Notes: generated by a model not told the origin, from the sequence alone. A stretch of DNA of 64,000 nt from an uncultured Candidatus Rokubacteria bacterium (GCA_963747235.1 CAVVEU010000028.1:12287-76286), one strand, 5' to 3'. Numbered from the stretch's first letter, positions 53,608 through 63,051 are shown. Numbers and translations are program-made.

Positions 53608-53719
53608 GGCTATCGTCGCATCGCCTCCGTGAGTGGCGCTGACGGGTTCGTGAACAAGTCGCTGATCCACACCGGCCTGCTCCCGGCGATCCGCGAGGTC
53701 ATCGTCCGGCCGCCGCTTG
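53608..53719 (+). pseudogene. remnant of a response-regulator receiver C-terminus
   Basis: Translates GYRRIASVSGADGFVNKSLIHTGLLPAIREV; no start codon or N-terminal half. Confidence 0.4.
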
Positions 53720-53752
53720 ACACTCCCGGGCCGCGCCTCTAGAGTGCGCGCC

Positions 53753-54337
53753 ATGTCGCGACGGATTCTCGCGATCCTGGCCGTCCTGCTCGTGTCCGCC
53801 GGCTGTGCCGGGCGCGACTTCAAGCGCCCCGCGATGGAGAGCCTCGCGGTCGGGCAGGCGACGGAGGCGGAGATCCGCCAGCGGTTCGGAACACCGTACC
53901 GCGAAGGCACCGTGCTGAAGAACAACGAGACGATGAAGACGTTGGCCTACGCCTACGCCACGACCGCGTCGTCAGCACCGGGCGGGGTAGTCCCCTCACG
54001 GGGCCAGGGCTTCTACTTCTGGCGTGACGTCCTGGTGGGGCACGACTTCACCAGCTCCTTCGCGGAGGACAAGACAGACTTCGACGCAACAAAAGCGCAA
54101 CAGATCCATAAGGGCGAGACCACGGAGTCCCAGGTCGTGGCCCTGCTCGGCACGCCGCATGGGATCTATACCTATCCGCTCATCAACGACAGGGACGCCC
54201 GGGCCGTCGTGTATCTCTATCAGGAGACCAAGGGCACCGCGTTCAATCTCAAGTTCTACAACCAGATCCTGGTCGTGCAGTTCAACCCCACGGGCGTGGT
54301 CACGGAGGTCGAGTTCACCGCCACCGGCCAGCGCTAA
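53753..54337 (+). CDS. lipoprotein with two SmpA/BamE-like repeats
   Basis: SAGC lipobox; GQATEAEIRQRFGTP and GETTESQVVALLGTP; TTGACA-17-TAGAGT promoter. Confidence 0.75.
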   Translation: MSRRILAILAVLLVSAGCAGRDFKRPAMESLAVGQATEAEIRQRFGTPYREGTVLKNNETMKTLAYAYATTASSAPGGVVPSRGQGFYFWRDVLVGHDFTSSFAEDKTDFDATKAQQIHKGETTESQVVALLGTPHGIYTYPLINDRDARAVVYLYQETKGTAFNLKFYNQILVVQFNPTGVVTEVEFTATGQR

Positions 54338-55566
54338 CGCCGGTAGATGACCGGGGAGCGGACGTGCTCGGGGCGGATGCCGACGCCGACGAGGCGGGCG
54401 GGCAGGCGCTGGAGCAGCGGGTAGCGCGCGAGCAGCTTGATCGCGAGCGGCGGGACGAGCCGGGCCTGGCCGCCCTGCAGCGCGCGGGTGATCACTCGCC
54501 GCTGCACCAGGACCTGCAGCCGCTGCGTCACGCGGGTCGGCCACTGCCGGCGCGCCTGCACGCGGCGGAGCTGGGCGAGGGTCGGCCGGCCCGCGCGCAG
54601 CGGCTCCCAGAGCAGGTTCGCGGTGGCCACCGCGTCCTGGATCGCCAGGTTGATGCCGACGCCGCCGACCGGCGACATGGCGTGCGCGGCGTCGCCGATG
54701 CAGAGCAGGCCCGGCCGGTACCACTGCCGCAGGCGATCCACCTTGACGGTGAGCAGCTTGACGTCGTCCCAGTCGCGGATCTCGCCCATCCGATCGGCGG
54801 CCCACGGCGCCAGATGCGCCACCTCGGCGCGGAAGGCCTCGAGGCCGCGCCGGCGGACGTCCTCCGCGGAGCCCTTCGGGATCACGTAGCCGCACTGCCA
54901 GTGCTCGCCGCGGTTGATGAGGACGAAGATGCGGCCGATGTCGAAGCGGCCCATGGTGGCCGCCGGGTCCGCCGGCCGCCGCGAGAGCCGGAACCAGAAC
55001 ACGTCCATGGGCGCCCCCAGGTCCTCCACCGAGAGCCCTGCCCGCTCCCGGAGCACGGAGGAGCGCCCGTCCGCGGCGACCACCAGGTCGGCCCGCACCT
55101 CGAGCGGGCCCGCCGGCGTGATGGCGCGGACTCCGGCCACCCGGCCCGCGTCCTCGATCAGCTCGGTGGCCTCGGCCCGCATCTCGAGCTGGAAGGTCGG
55201 AAAAATCTTCGCGCGGCGGACCAGGAAGGCGAGGAAGTCCCACTGCGGCATCATCGCGATGAACTTGCAGCGGGTCGCCAGGTGCGCGAAGTCGGCGATC
55301 GTGACCGGAAAGTCCCCGAACTGGGCGGCCAGCCGCGTGACCTCCTGATGCGGCAGCCGCAGGAACTCCTCCAGGATCCCGAGCTCGTGCATCAGCTCGA
55401 GCGTGGAGGGGTGGATGGTATCGCCGCGGAAGTCGCGCAGGAAGTCCGCGTGCTTCTCCAGCACCAGCACGGACACCCCGGCCCGGGCCAGGAGCAGGCC
55501 CAGCATCATGCCGGCGGGCCCGCCGCCCACGATGCAGCACCGGACCGTCCTCGACACGGAGGCCAT
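54334..55566 (-). CDS. FAD-dependent monooxygenase/oxidoreductase (UbiH-like)
   Basis: GGGPAG, RDFRGDT, ADG, GDAAHAMSPVGGVGINLA. Confidence 0.9.
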   Translation of the reverse strand: MASVSRTVRCCIVGGGPAGMMLGLLLARAGVSVLVLEKHADFLRDFRGDTIHPSTLELMHELGILEEFLRLPHQEVTRLAAQFGDFPVTIADFAHLATRCKFIAMMPQWDFLAFLVRRAKIFPTFQLEMRAEATELIEDAGRVAGVRAITPAGPLEVRADLVVAADGRSSVLRERAGLSVEDLGAPMDVFWFRLSRRPADPAATMGRFDIGRIFVLINRGEHWQCGYVIPKGSAEDVRRRGLEAFRAEVAHLAPWAADRMGEIRDWDDVKLLTVKVDRLRQWYRPGLLCIGDAAHAMSPVGGVGINLAIQDAVATANLLWEPLRAGRPTLAQLRRVQARRQWPTRVTQRLQVLVQRRVITRALQGGQARLVPPLAIKLLARYPLLQRLPARLVGVGIRPEHVRSPVIYRR

Positions 55567-55646
55567 GCCGCCCCGATGTTACACTCCCCCGGCCCGGGAG
55601 CCCGGAACACGGGGCGAACGACGGCAATTTAGGTTAGGATTCTGGA

Positions 55647-56684
55647 ATGACCAACCCGAACGCATCGCAGGTCAGAGTATATCGCGCCGCCGACGCGCCG
55701 CCCGGCGCGCTCGCGGGCGAATCCGTCGCGGTGCTGGGCTACGGCCATCTCGGCCGCACCGCCGCGCTCAACCTGCGCGACTCCGGCGCGAAGGTGCGCA
55801 TCGGCAATCGCGACGACGAGTACGCCGAGCAGGCGCGCGCCGAGGGCTTCGAGGTGGTCTCGATCGCCACCGCGGCGGCCGACGACGTGGTGTACGTGCT
55901 GCTGCCCGACGAGGTCATCCCGACCGTCTTCGACGCGGAGATCGCGCCCACGCTGCGGGCGGGCAGCGCCATCGCGTTCGGCTCGGGCTACAGCCTGGCC
56001 TTCGGCCTCATCCGCCCGCCCGAGACGATCGACGTGCTGCTGGTGGCCCCGCGCATGGCCGGGACCACCGCGCGCAATCGCTATCTCGAAGGCCACGGGT
56101 TCTGGGCGTGCGTGGGCGTGGAGGCCAACCGCAGCGGCCGGGCCGAGCAGCGGATGCTCGGGCTGGCCGACGGCATGGGCGTGCTCCGCAAGGGCGCGGT
56201 CCAGATGACCGCCAAGGTCGAGGCCACGCTCGATCTCTTCATCGAGCAGACGGTGGGCTCGATGCTCGGCATGGCGATCATGATGGCCTTCGAGGTCGCG
56301 CGCGACGCCGGGATGCCGAGCGAGGCGCTGGTGCTCGAGATGTACATGTCGGGCGAGATGGAGGCGGTCTTCCAGTCCTTCCGCGAGACCGGCTTCTTCC
56401 GCGCCTCCGAGGATCATGGGCCCACCGCGGTGTTCGGTGGCATCACCCGCTCGCTCGAGATGGACCGCGAAGCCATGGCGGAGAGCTTCCGCAAGACCCT
56501 CGAGGACATCAAGAGCGGGGGCTTCGCGCAGCGCTTCCAGGAAGAGGCCCGGAACGGCTATCCGATGCTGGAGTTCGCGCGGGCCATGATGCACGGCGGC
56601 TCGCCGATCACCGAGGCGGAGGACCGCATCCGGCACCTGACGTCCCCCGACTCGTCCGGCGCCAGCCCAGGAGGATCAGCATGA
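55647..56684 (+). CDS. ketol-acid reductoisomerase-like protein (divergent IlvC homologue)
   Basis: GYGHLG..ALNLRDSG, LLPDE, DLFIEQ, DIKSGGFA. Confidence 0.8.
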   Translation: MTNPNASQVRVYRAADAPPGALAGESVAVLGYGHLGRTAALNLRDSGAKVRIGNRDDEYAEQARAEGFEVVSIATAAADDVVYVLLPDEVIPTVFDAEIAPTLRAGSAIAFGSGYSLAFGLIRPPETIDVLLVAPRMAGTTARNRYLEGHGFWACVGVEANRSGRAEQRMLGLADGMGVLRKGAVQMTAKVEATLDLFIEQTVGSMLGMAIMMAFEVARDAGMPSEALVLEMYMSGEMEAVFQSFRETGFFRASEDHGPTAVFGGITRSLEMDREAMAESFRKTLEDIKSGGFAQRFQEEARNGYPMLEFARAMMHGGSPITEAEDRIRHLTSPDSSGASPGGSA

Positions 56685-56827
56685 GCTTCGCCCTGCGCGT
56701 GCTTGCCGTCATCGCGTTCGTCGTGGCCACGATCGGCGTCGCCAGCCCGGTGCTCATGACGCCGCTCGGGCTCGCCCTCTGGTGCGCCTCCACCCTGCCC
56801 CTGGGGGGCGGCGGTCGCTTGAGCTGA
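56681..56827 (+). CDS. small hydrophobic protein
   Basis: GGAGGA RBS, ATGA overlap, 48 aa with two hydrophobic segments. Confidence 0.5.
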   Translation: MSFALRVLAVIAFVVATIGVASPVLMTPLGLALWCASTLPLGGGGRLS

Positions 56828-56855
56828 GTCACCCGCGCCTCCGGGCGCGGCCGCG

Positions 56856-57485
56856 TCAGGGCTGAAGCCGCGTCCCCCGCCAGGCGCCGCCGGTGAAGCC
56901 CGCCTCGGCCGGCTCGAGCGCCCGCGACCACACCGCGCGATCGTGGGCGCGCCCCGGCTGCCCCGCCCACAGCTCCACCCGCTCCGCCCACACGCGATAC
57001 CCGCCCCAGCGCTTGGGCCGCGGCACGTCCGCGCCGTGCGTCTGCTTCGTCGCCGCGATCTTCTCGAGGAACGCCCGGCGCGAGGCGATGGGCCGGCTCT
57101 GGTCGCTCGCCGCCGCGGCCACCCGCGCGTCCAGCGGCCGCGTGCTCCAGTAGCGGTCGGAGTCGGCCTCGGGCGCGTGCGTGACGGGCCCTTCCACGCG
57201 GATCTGGCGCTCGAACACGTCCCAGTGGAAGACGAGCGCGGCGCGCGGATTCGCGGCCAGGGCCAGGCCCTTGGTGCTCTCGCGATCCGAGTAGAAGACG
57301 AGCCAGCCCAGCCTCACGTCGAAGCCCCGGCAGATGACCATGCGCACCGTCGGACGGCCGTCGGCGTCCACGGTGGCCAGCGCCATCGCGGTCGGGCTCT
57401 TCATCGCGGGCCGCGCCTCCTCGAGCCATTGCGCGAGCAGCGGGAGGGGATCGGCGGGCAGGATCTCGGGGAGCGGCTCACTCAT
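56856..57485 (-). CDS. pdxH: pyridoxamine 5'-phosphate oxidase
   Basis: AMALAT, RQIRVEG, YWSTRP, SDQS, WGGYR, VELW, HDR. Confidence 0.9.
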   Translation of the reverse strand: MSEPLPEILPADPLPLLAQWLEEARPAMKSPTAMALATVDADGRPTVRMVICRGFDVRLGWLVFYSDRESTKGLALAANPRAALVFHWDVFERQIRVEGPVTHAPEADSDRYWSTRPLDARVAAAASDQSRPIASRRAFLEKIAATKQTHGADVPRPKRWGGYRVWAERVELWAGQPGRAHDRAVWSRALEPAEAGFTGGAWRGTRLQP

Positions 57486-57511
57486 GATCGTGTCCTCTGA
57501 TCGTCAGGGGG

Positions 57512-57955
57512 TCAGCGGGCGGGCGGCGCGGCCGCCGGGGGCATGCGCACGCGCCACCACATGTTCAGCACGAACAGCGCGGTCCCCGCGAGCTGGCCGA
57601 GCCCGCCCAGCGCGATGAGCCACCGCAGGCCGAGCGCGCCCGCCAGCCCCACGCTGATCTCGGCGGCCGCCCGGATCGCGGTCGAGGCCGTCATCACCCA
57701 GTAGACCGCCTCGGCCAGCTCGGGCCGGTAGCGCGGATCGTCGCGCGCCGGGCGCGGGAACATCCAGGTGGCGACGCCCATGACCATCATCAGCATGAAG
57801 CCGACGAGGAGCAGGTGGGCGTGCGCCGTGATGAGCAGGCGGGGCGGATACGCGTCGAGCACGAACTGGCCGACCACGATGTAGGCGCCGATCAGGAGCC
57901 CCACCAGGAGGAAGACGAAGCTGGTCTTGATGTACCGGCGGACGAGCGGGGTCAT
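57512..57955 (-). CDS. four-helix membrane protein with conserved His (HAH), heme-copper oxidase subunit I-like fragment family
   Basis: TAHAHLLLVGF, GVATWMFPR. Confidence 0.7.
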   Translation of the reverse strand: MTPLVRRYIKTSFVFLLVGLLIGAYIVVGQFVLDAYPPRLLITAHAHLLLVGFMLMMVMGVATWMFPRPARDDPRYRPELAEAVYWVMTASTAIRAAAEISVGLAGALGLRWLIALGGLGQLAGTALFVLNMWWRVRMPPAAAPPAR

Positions 57956-57956
57956 G

Positions 57957-58658
57957 CTAGCCGGCCTCGCCTTCGGCCAGCGCGCCGAGTCCTTCCGGGT
58001 CGGTGAGGACGAGCCGGCCGCCGGCGTCCTCGAGCAGGCCGTCCCGGAGCCAGCGGCTCAGGATCCGGATCGCGGTCTCGACCGTGGTGCCGGTCATGTC
58101 GGCCAGGCTCTGCCGGGTGAGGTGAAACGGCAGCGTGACGCCCTTGTCGCTTCGCGTCCCCTCCCGCTTCGCGAGCCGGAGCAGGGTCGCGGCCAGGCGC
58201 GCCTCGACGGGATCCACCGCGAGCGACGCGACCGAGTCGTGGGCGGCGCGGAGCCGCCGGCCGATCATGAGCGCCATCTCCTTGATGAACGCGGGGTGCC
58301 GCTCGGCGAGCGCGATCACGGGTTCGGCCGGGATCTTCAGCACCACCGTGGGCTCGGTGGCCTGGGCGCTCGCCGGGTAGGGCCGCTTCTCGATCACCGC
58401 CACGCCGCCGAAGATCTCGCCCGGCCCGAGGAGCTCGAGGACCACGTCCTTCCCCGTCCTGGAATGCCTCACGATCTTCACGTGGCCCGATCGCACGAGG
58501 TAGAACCAGCGCGCGGCGTCGCCTTCCATGAAGATCTCGCCGCGGGCTCGATGCGACTCCTCCCGCGCGACTCGCGCCAGGGTCTCGAGCTCGCGCGCGG
58601 GGATGCCCGCGAACACCAGGTTCCCACCCAGGAACGCGGCGATCTCCTTGGCGGGCAT
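57957..58658 (-). CDS. Crp/Fnr family regulator (DNR/NnrR-like, no Fe-S Cys)
   Basis: IFMEGD, GEIFG, YPASA, TRQSLADMTGTTVETAIR HTH. Confidence 0.92.
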   Translation of the reverse strand: MPAKEIAAFLGGNLVFAGIPARELETLARVAREESHRARGEIFMEGDAARWFYLVRSGHVKIVRHSRTGKDVVLELLGPGEIFGGVAVIEKRPYPASAQATEPTVVLKIPAEPVIALAERHPAFIKEMALMIGRRLRAAHDSVASLAVDPVEARLAATLLRLAKREGTRSDKGVTLPFHLTRQSLADMTGTTVETAIRILSRWLRDGLLEDAGGRLVLTDPEGLGALAEGEAG

Positions 58659-58773
58659 CGGCGGCAGGATAGCACGAGGCACCTGTCGCGAGATTGCCGC
58701 GGATGCGGCGCCGCCGCCTCACCGGGCCGGGAGCGACGCGTCCCCAAGTGCCCGGATTCGCGACCGTCTCCGC

Positions 58774-58789
58774 TGGCACCGCGTGTGCA
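58774..58789 (+). promoter_or_regulatory. sigma54-like promoter
   Basis: TGGCAC-CGCGT-GTGCA. Confidence 0.55.
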
Positions 58790-58829
58790 CACCCACGTGG
58801 GCACAGGGACAGGCCAAGGAGGACGAGCG

Positions 58830-59303
58830 ATGCGCGGACTCGCGGAGTTGTTGCTGCTCGGGTTGCTGGCGGGGACGCCGGAGGGGGCGGGAACCACGCC
58901 GATCATCGACGGGCCCACCGTGCTCCAGCGGTCGCCGGCCGCGATCCAGGCGAGCCTGGGGCGGCCCATCCGCACCAAGGCGGTGCCCTCGGGCGACGTC
59001 CACCTGCCCGACGGCGGCACCTCGCGCGTCTACGGCGGGCCGGGAACGCGGATCGACATCGATTTCGAGAAGGAGCGCAGCACCACGGTCGTCATCGTCT
59101 TTCCCGACGTCACGGCGGCGCCCAGGACGTATGAAGCCGCCCTCGAAGCGGTCAATCTCCCGTCCGGCGCACGGCCCGATCTGATCAGGCGGGATCGCCG
59201 CGAGTGGCACAACCTCGACGGATACTTCGTGCGGGTGATCGCCGCGTACCCGACGCTCGACCACATCGACACGATCGTGCTCAGCGTCCACCCGCTCCCC
59301 TAG
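58830..59303 (+). CDS. exported hypothetical protein
   Basis: AAGGAGG RBS, hydrophobic N-terminus, clean 157-aa frame. Confidence 0.65.
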   Translation: MRGLAELLLLGLLAGTPEGAGTTPIIDGPTVLQRSPAAIQASLGRPIRTKAVPSGDVHLPDGGTSRVYGGPGTRIDIDFEKERSTTVVIVFPDVTAAPRTYEAALEAVNLPSGARPDLIRRDRREWHNLDGYFVRVIAAYPTLDHIDTIVLSVHPLP

Positions 59304-59319
59304 CCCGCCGTTCGTCGGC

Positions 59320-59335
59320 TATGACCGCCGTCATA
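59320..59335. promoter_or_regulatory. Crp/Fnr-type operator palindrome
   Basis: TATGAC-CGCC-GTCATA, 22 nt before -10-like TAGCGT. Confidence 0.7.
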
Positions 59336-59382
59336 GGAGGCGGGGCCGTCCGGCGGGTAGCGTGGGGGCCAGGAGGAACGAC

Positions 59383-59641
59383 ATGGCACACGAATGCGGC
59401 TGCCGCCACGATTCACCGCGTCTCGGTCGACCACACCCGTCCGCCCGTCCGCGGCGATCAGACCGTGGCCGAGGTCGCGCGGAGCACCGGGCCCGGGGGC
59501 GCTCGGAAACCATGAAGGCGATGGGCAATCAACCACTGCTGCGGGGCCCATCTCACCCTGCACGAGGCCGCCGCGGCGGCGGGCATCTCCCTCGACGCGC
59601 TGCTCGCGGCGCTGAACGAGCCGCGCCGGACGCCGGCATGA
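59383..59641 (+). CDS. stand-alone DUF542/ScdA_N-like protein (frameshifted)
   Basis: AGGAGG RBS; DQTVAEV...MG(I)NHCCG.HLTLHEAAAAAGISLDALLAALN. Confidence 0.7.
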
Positions 59642-60151
59642 TACCCGGCCGGATCCCGGTGGCACAGGTGCACCTCGACGTGCGCGAGGACATCCGGCGC
59701 GGTCAGGCCGCCCTTCGCGCGCATCATCGCCGCCGCCACGGCGCTCGCCGACGACCAGGCGCTGGTCCTCCGCGCACCGTTCGAGCCGATCCCGCTCTAC
59801 GACGTGCTCGGCAAGCGCGGCTTCGCGCACTGGACCGAGCGCCGCGCGGCCGACGACTGGTCGGTCGGCTTCTACCGTGACGCCGCGGCGCGCGGCGAGC
59901 CGACCACGACCCCCGCGACTCCCGCGAGCGATCGCGCGGTGCTGGACGTCCGGGGCCTCGAGCCGCCGCAGCCGATGCAGCGGGTGCTCGAGGAGATCGA
60001 GCGGCTCGGCCCCGGCGCCGAGCTGGAGGTGCGTCACGACCGCCGCCCCGTGTTCCTCTATCCCCAGCTCGACGAGCGGGGCTTCGTCCACGAGACGGAC
60101 GAGCCGGAGCCGGGGCTGGTGCGCATCCTCATCCGGAGGGGAGCGGCGTGA
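59638..60151 (+). CDS. tandem DUF2249 protein (frameshift)
   Basis: LDVREDIRRG...PFEPIPLY; LDVRGLEPPQPM...RRPVFLYPQL. Confidence 0.8.
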
Positions 60152-61494
60152 GTCCGCCGGCGCGGCCACGGCCCGGGAGCGGCCTCTCGCCGCTCGTCCC
60201 GCTCGCCTATCTGGTCTGCGCCGCGGTCGCCTTCCTGGCGGCCTCGCTGAGCGTCGCGTGGCTCGCGCCCGAGCTGACGGGCCACTACTACCACCCGCGG
60301 CTGCTCGCCCTCACCCACACCGTCACGCTCGGGTGGATCACGCTCGCGATCATGGGCGCCAGCTACCAGCTCATCCCGATCGTGCTCGAGCGTGACCGAT
60401 CTGGAGCGAGCGGCTCGCGCGCTGGCAGCTCGCCATCCTCGCCGTCGCGGTGACGGGCATGGTCGCTCATTTCCAGCTCGGCACCTGGCCCGGGCTGGCG
60501 GCGGCCGCCGGCCTGCTGGCCGTCGGCATCGCGCTCCATCTGCTGCAATGTCGGGATGAGCCTCCGGGGCTTCACCCGGTGGACGTTCACCGCCCGCCTG
60601 GTCGTCCTGGCGTACGGCGGACTCGCGCTGACGACCGTGTTCGGCCTGGCCCTGGCGGCCAACCGCGTGTGGCCGTTCCTTCCCGGCGAGCTCTTCCCGA
60701 CGCTGCACGCGCACGTGCACCTGGCCCTCCTCGGCTGGGTGGCGCCGATGATCCTCGCGGTCGCCGCGCGCGTGTACCCGATGTTCTTCCTCGCGCCCGC
60801 GCCGCGGCGCTGGCACGCCTTCCTGCAGCTGTGGGGCCTGGCCGCGGGCGTGCCGGCGGTGGTGCTGGGCTTGCTCGGCGTGCCCGGCCTGCTCGTCGCC
60901 GGGGCGCTGGCGGTGGCGGCGGCGGCGGGAGCGCATGTGGCCTGGATGTGCGAGATGGCGTGGGGGCGGAAGCGGCCCGGCCTCGACTGGGGCCTCCGCT
61001 TCGTCCTCACCGCCACCGCGTTCCTCGCGCCGGCCGCCGTGCTCGGCGTGGCGATGGCGGCGGATCGCCTGGCGGGGCCGCGCGTGGCGCTCGCCTATGC
61101 CGTCGTCATGCTCGGCGGCTGGATCTCGCTCACCATCGTCGGGATGATGCTCAAGATCGTCCCGTTCCTGGTCTGGTACCGCGTGTACAGCCCGCGGGCG
61201 GGCCGCGAGCCGGTGCCGACGCTCGCGCAGCTCTCCTGGCCGCGCGCGGAGGGGCTCGCCTACGTGCTCCTCACCGGCGGCGTCGTGCTGCTGGCCGCGA
61301 CGGTGCTCGTGGGCGAGGCGGCCTGGATCCGCGCCGCGGGGGCGCTGCTGGCGCTGGGCTCGCTCGCCTTCGCGGCGGCGCTCGCGCGGGTCCTTGGATG
61401 CTTGTATGCGGGGGCGCAGATATGGCCTCCGCACGCCCCCGACGTACGGTCGTCCCGCGAACGGGCCGCGATGCCCGCGGGGCGGGACGCATGA
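60148..61494 (+). CDS. polytopic membrane protein with conserved His, associated with DUF2249 clusters (frameshifted)
   Basis: LTHTVTLGW, HAHVHLALLGW, GMMLKIVPFLVW. Confidence 0.75.
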
Positions 61495-61778
61495 GCGTCG
61501 CGCGCGAGCAAGTCCTGGAGGCCCTGCGCGCGGTCCTCGACCCCGAGCTCGGCCTGCTCGGTCGTGGACCTGGGCCTGATCTACGGGGTGGAGATCGAAG
61601 CCGGCCGAGTCAGCATCACCATGACCCTGACCTCCCAGGGGTGCCCCCTCCACGAGACCCTCGTCGAGTGGGTCCGCCGGGCAGTCAGCGAGGTCCCCGG
61701 CGTGGACACCGTGCAGGTCGCCGTGACCTTCGATCCGCCCTGGACCCCACTCGCATCGTCCGCGCCCCGAGCGGCTAG
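61491..61778 (+). CDS. DUF59/PaaD-like metal-sulfur cluster assembly factor (frameshifted)
   Basis: DPELG..VVDLGLIY, MTLTSQGCP, FDPPW. Confidence 0.85.
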   Translation: MSVAREQVLEALRAVLDPELGLLGRGPGPDLRGGDRSRPSQHHHDPDLPGVPPPRDPRRVGPPGSQRGPRRGHRAGRRDLRSALDPTRIVRAPSG

Positions 61779-61844
61779 ATCTCGCCCGGTGGGGTCCGGC
61801 GGTCCCATGCGGGGCGCCGTCGCCTCTCCATGGTGGTTGGCCGC

Positions 61845-61860
61845 TATGACCGGCGTCATA
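61845..61860. promoter_or_regulatory. Crp/Fnr-type operator palindrome
   Basis: TATGAC-CGGC-GTCATA, 22 nt before -10-like CATCCT. Confidence 0.7.
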
Positions 61861-61924
61861 CCGGGGGGTGGCCAACTGGCCGCATCCTCACGTCATGGCG
61901 GCGGTCCGGCGGCCCCGCGGCTTC

Positions 61925-61940
61925 CGGCACCAGCGTTGCA
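61925..61940 (+). promoter_or_regulatory. sigma54 -24/-12 promoter of nirK
   Basis: CGGCAC-CAGCG-TTGCA. Confidence 0.6.
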
Positions 61941-61982
61941 CACCGACACGGACGAGGGCGAGAGTCCCAAGGAGGACGAGCG

Positions 61983-63051
61983 ATGAGACGAGGACTGGTG
62001 GTGGTGGCGGGCGTGGTGGTGGCCGGACTGCTGATCGGCGGCGTGCAGCTCTGGCAGAGCCAGGCGCGGGCGAAGGTGACGAGGGCCACGGGGGATCTGC
62101 CGGAGGTCAAGGCGATCCTCACCTCGGCGCCGGCGGTGCCGCCACCGGTGGACCGGCCGGGCAACGCGAAGGTGATCGTCGCCCTCGAGACCACCGAGGT
62201 GAAGGGCACGCTGGCCGATGGCGTGCAGTACACGTTCTGGACGTTCGGCGGGACCGTGCCCGGACCGTTCGTGCGCGTGCGCGTGGGCGACGTGGTGCAG
62301 ATCCGGCTCAAGAACGCCGCGAAGAGCATGCACCCGCATTCGATCGATCTGCACGCGGTGACCGGGCCGGGCGGCGGCGCGGCGGTCACGCAGCTCGGAC
62401 CGGGCCAGGAAGGCGCTTTCGAGTTCAAGGCGCTGAACCCCGGGCTCTACGTCTATCACTGCGCGACCCCGAGCGTGCCCGAGCACATCGCCAACGGCAT
62501 GTACGGGCTGATCCTGGTGGAGCCCGAGAAGGGCCTGCCGCGCGTGGACCGCGAGTACTACGTCATGCAGGGCGAGTTCTACACCAAGGGCAAGACGCTC
62601 GCGCCCGGGCTCCAGGCGATCGATCCGGCCAAGCTGACCGCGGAGCGGCCCGAGTACGTGGTGTTCAACGGCCGGATGGGCGCGCTGCTCGACGACGGCG
62701 CGGTCAAGGCCAACGTGGGCGAGACCGTGCGGTTCTTCGTGGGCAACGGCGGGCCGAACCTGATCTCCTCCTTCCACGTGATCGGCGAGATCTTCGACAC
62801 CGTCTACACGGAAGGCGCGGTGGGCGGCGGGACGCCGGCCAGGAACGTGCAGACCACGCTGGTCCCGGCGGGCGGCGCGGCGATCGTCGAGATGACAGGT
62901 GCAGGTGCCGGGGCGCTTCCTGCTCGTGGACCACAGCATCGTGCGGGCGATGGAGAAGGGCGCGCTCGGAGTCCTGGAGGTGGCGGGCGCCGAGCAGCCC
63001 GGCATCTTCAGGACGCTGGTGCCGGGCACCCACGGGACGGGCGGGCACTAG
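61983..63051 (+). CDS. nirK: copper-containing nitrite reductase (AniA-like; frameshift near 62897)
   Basis: [43 protein letters not shown]; all Cu ligands and catalytic Asp/His present. Confidence 0.93.

Noticed and set aside
1024-53632. Many long antisense or alternative-frame ORFs in the track (e.g. 1024-3057, 12501-14405, 50318-53632)
   Set aside because: Shadow ORFs from high GC and codon bias; Arg/Pro/Gly-rich with no motifs, and they overlap well-supported genes
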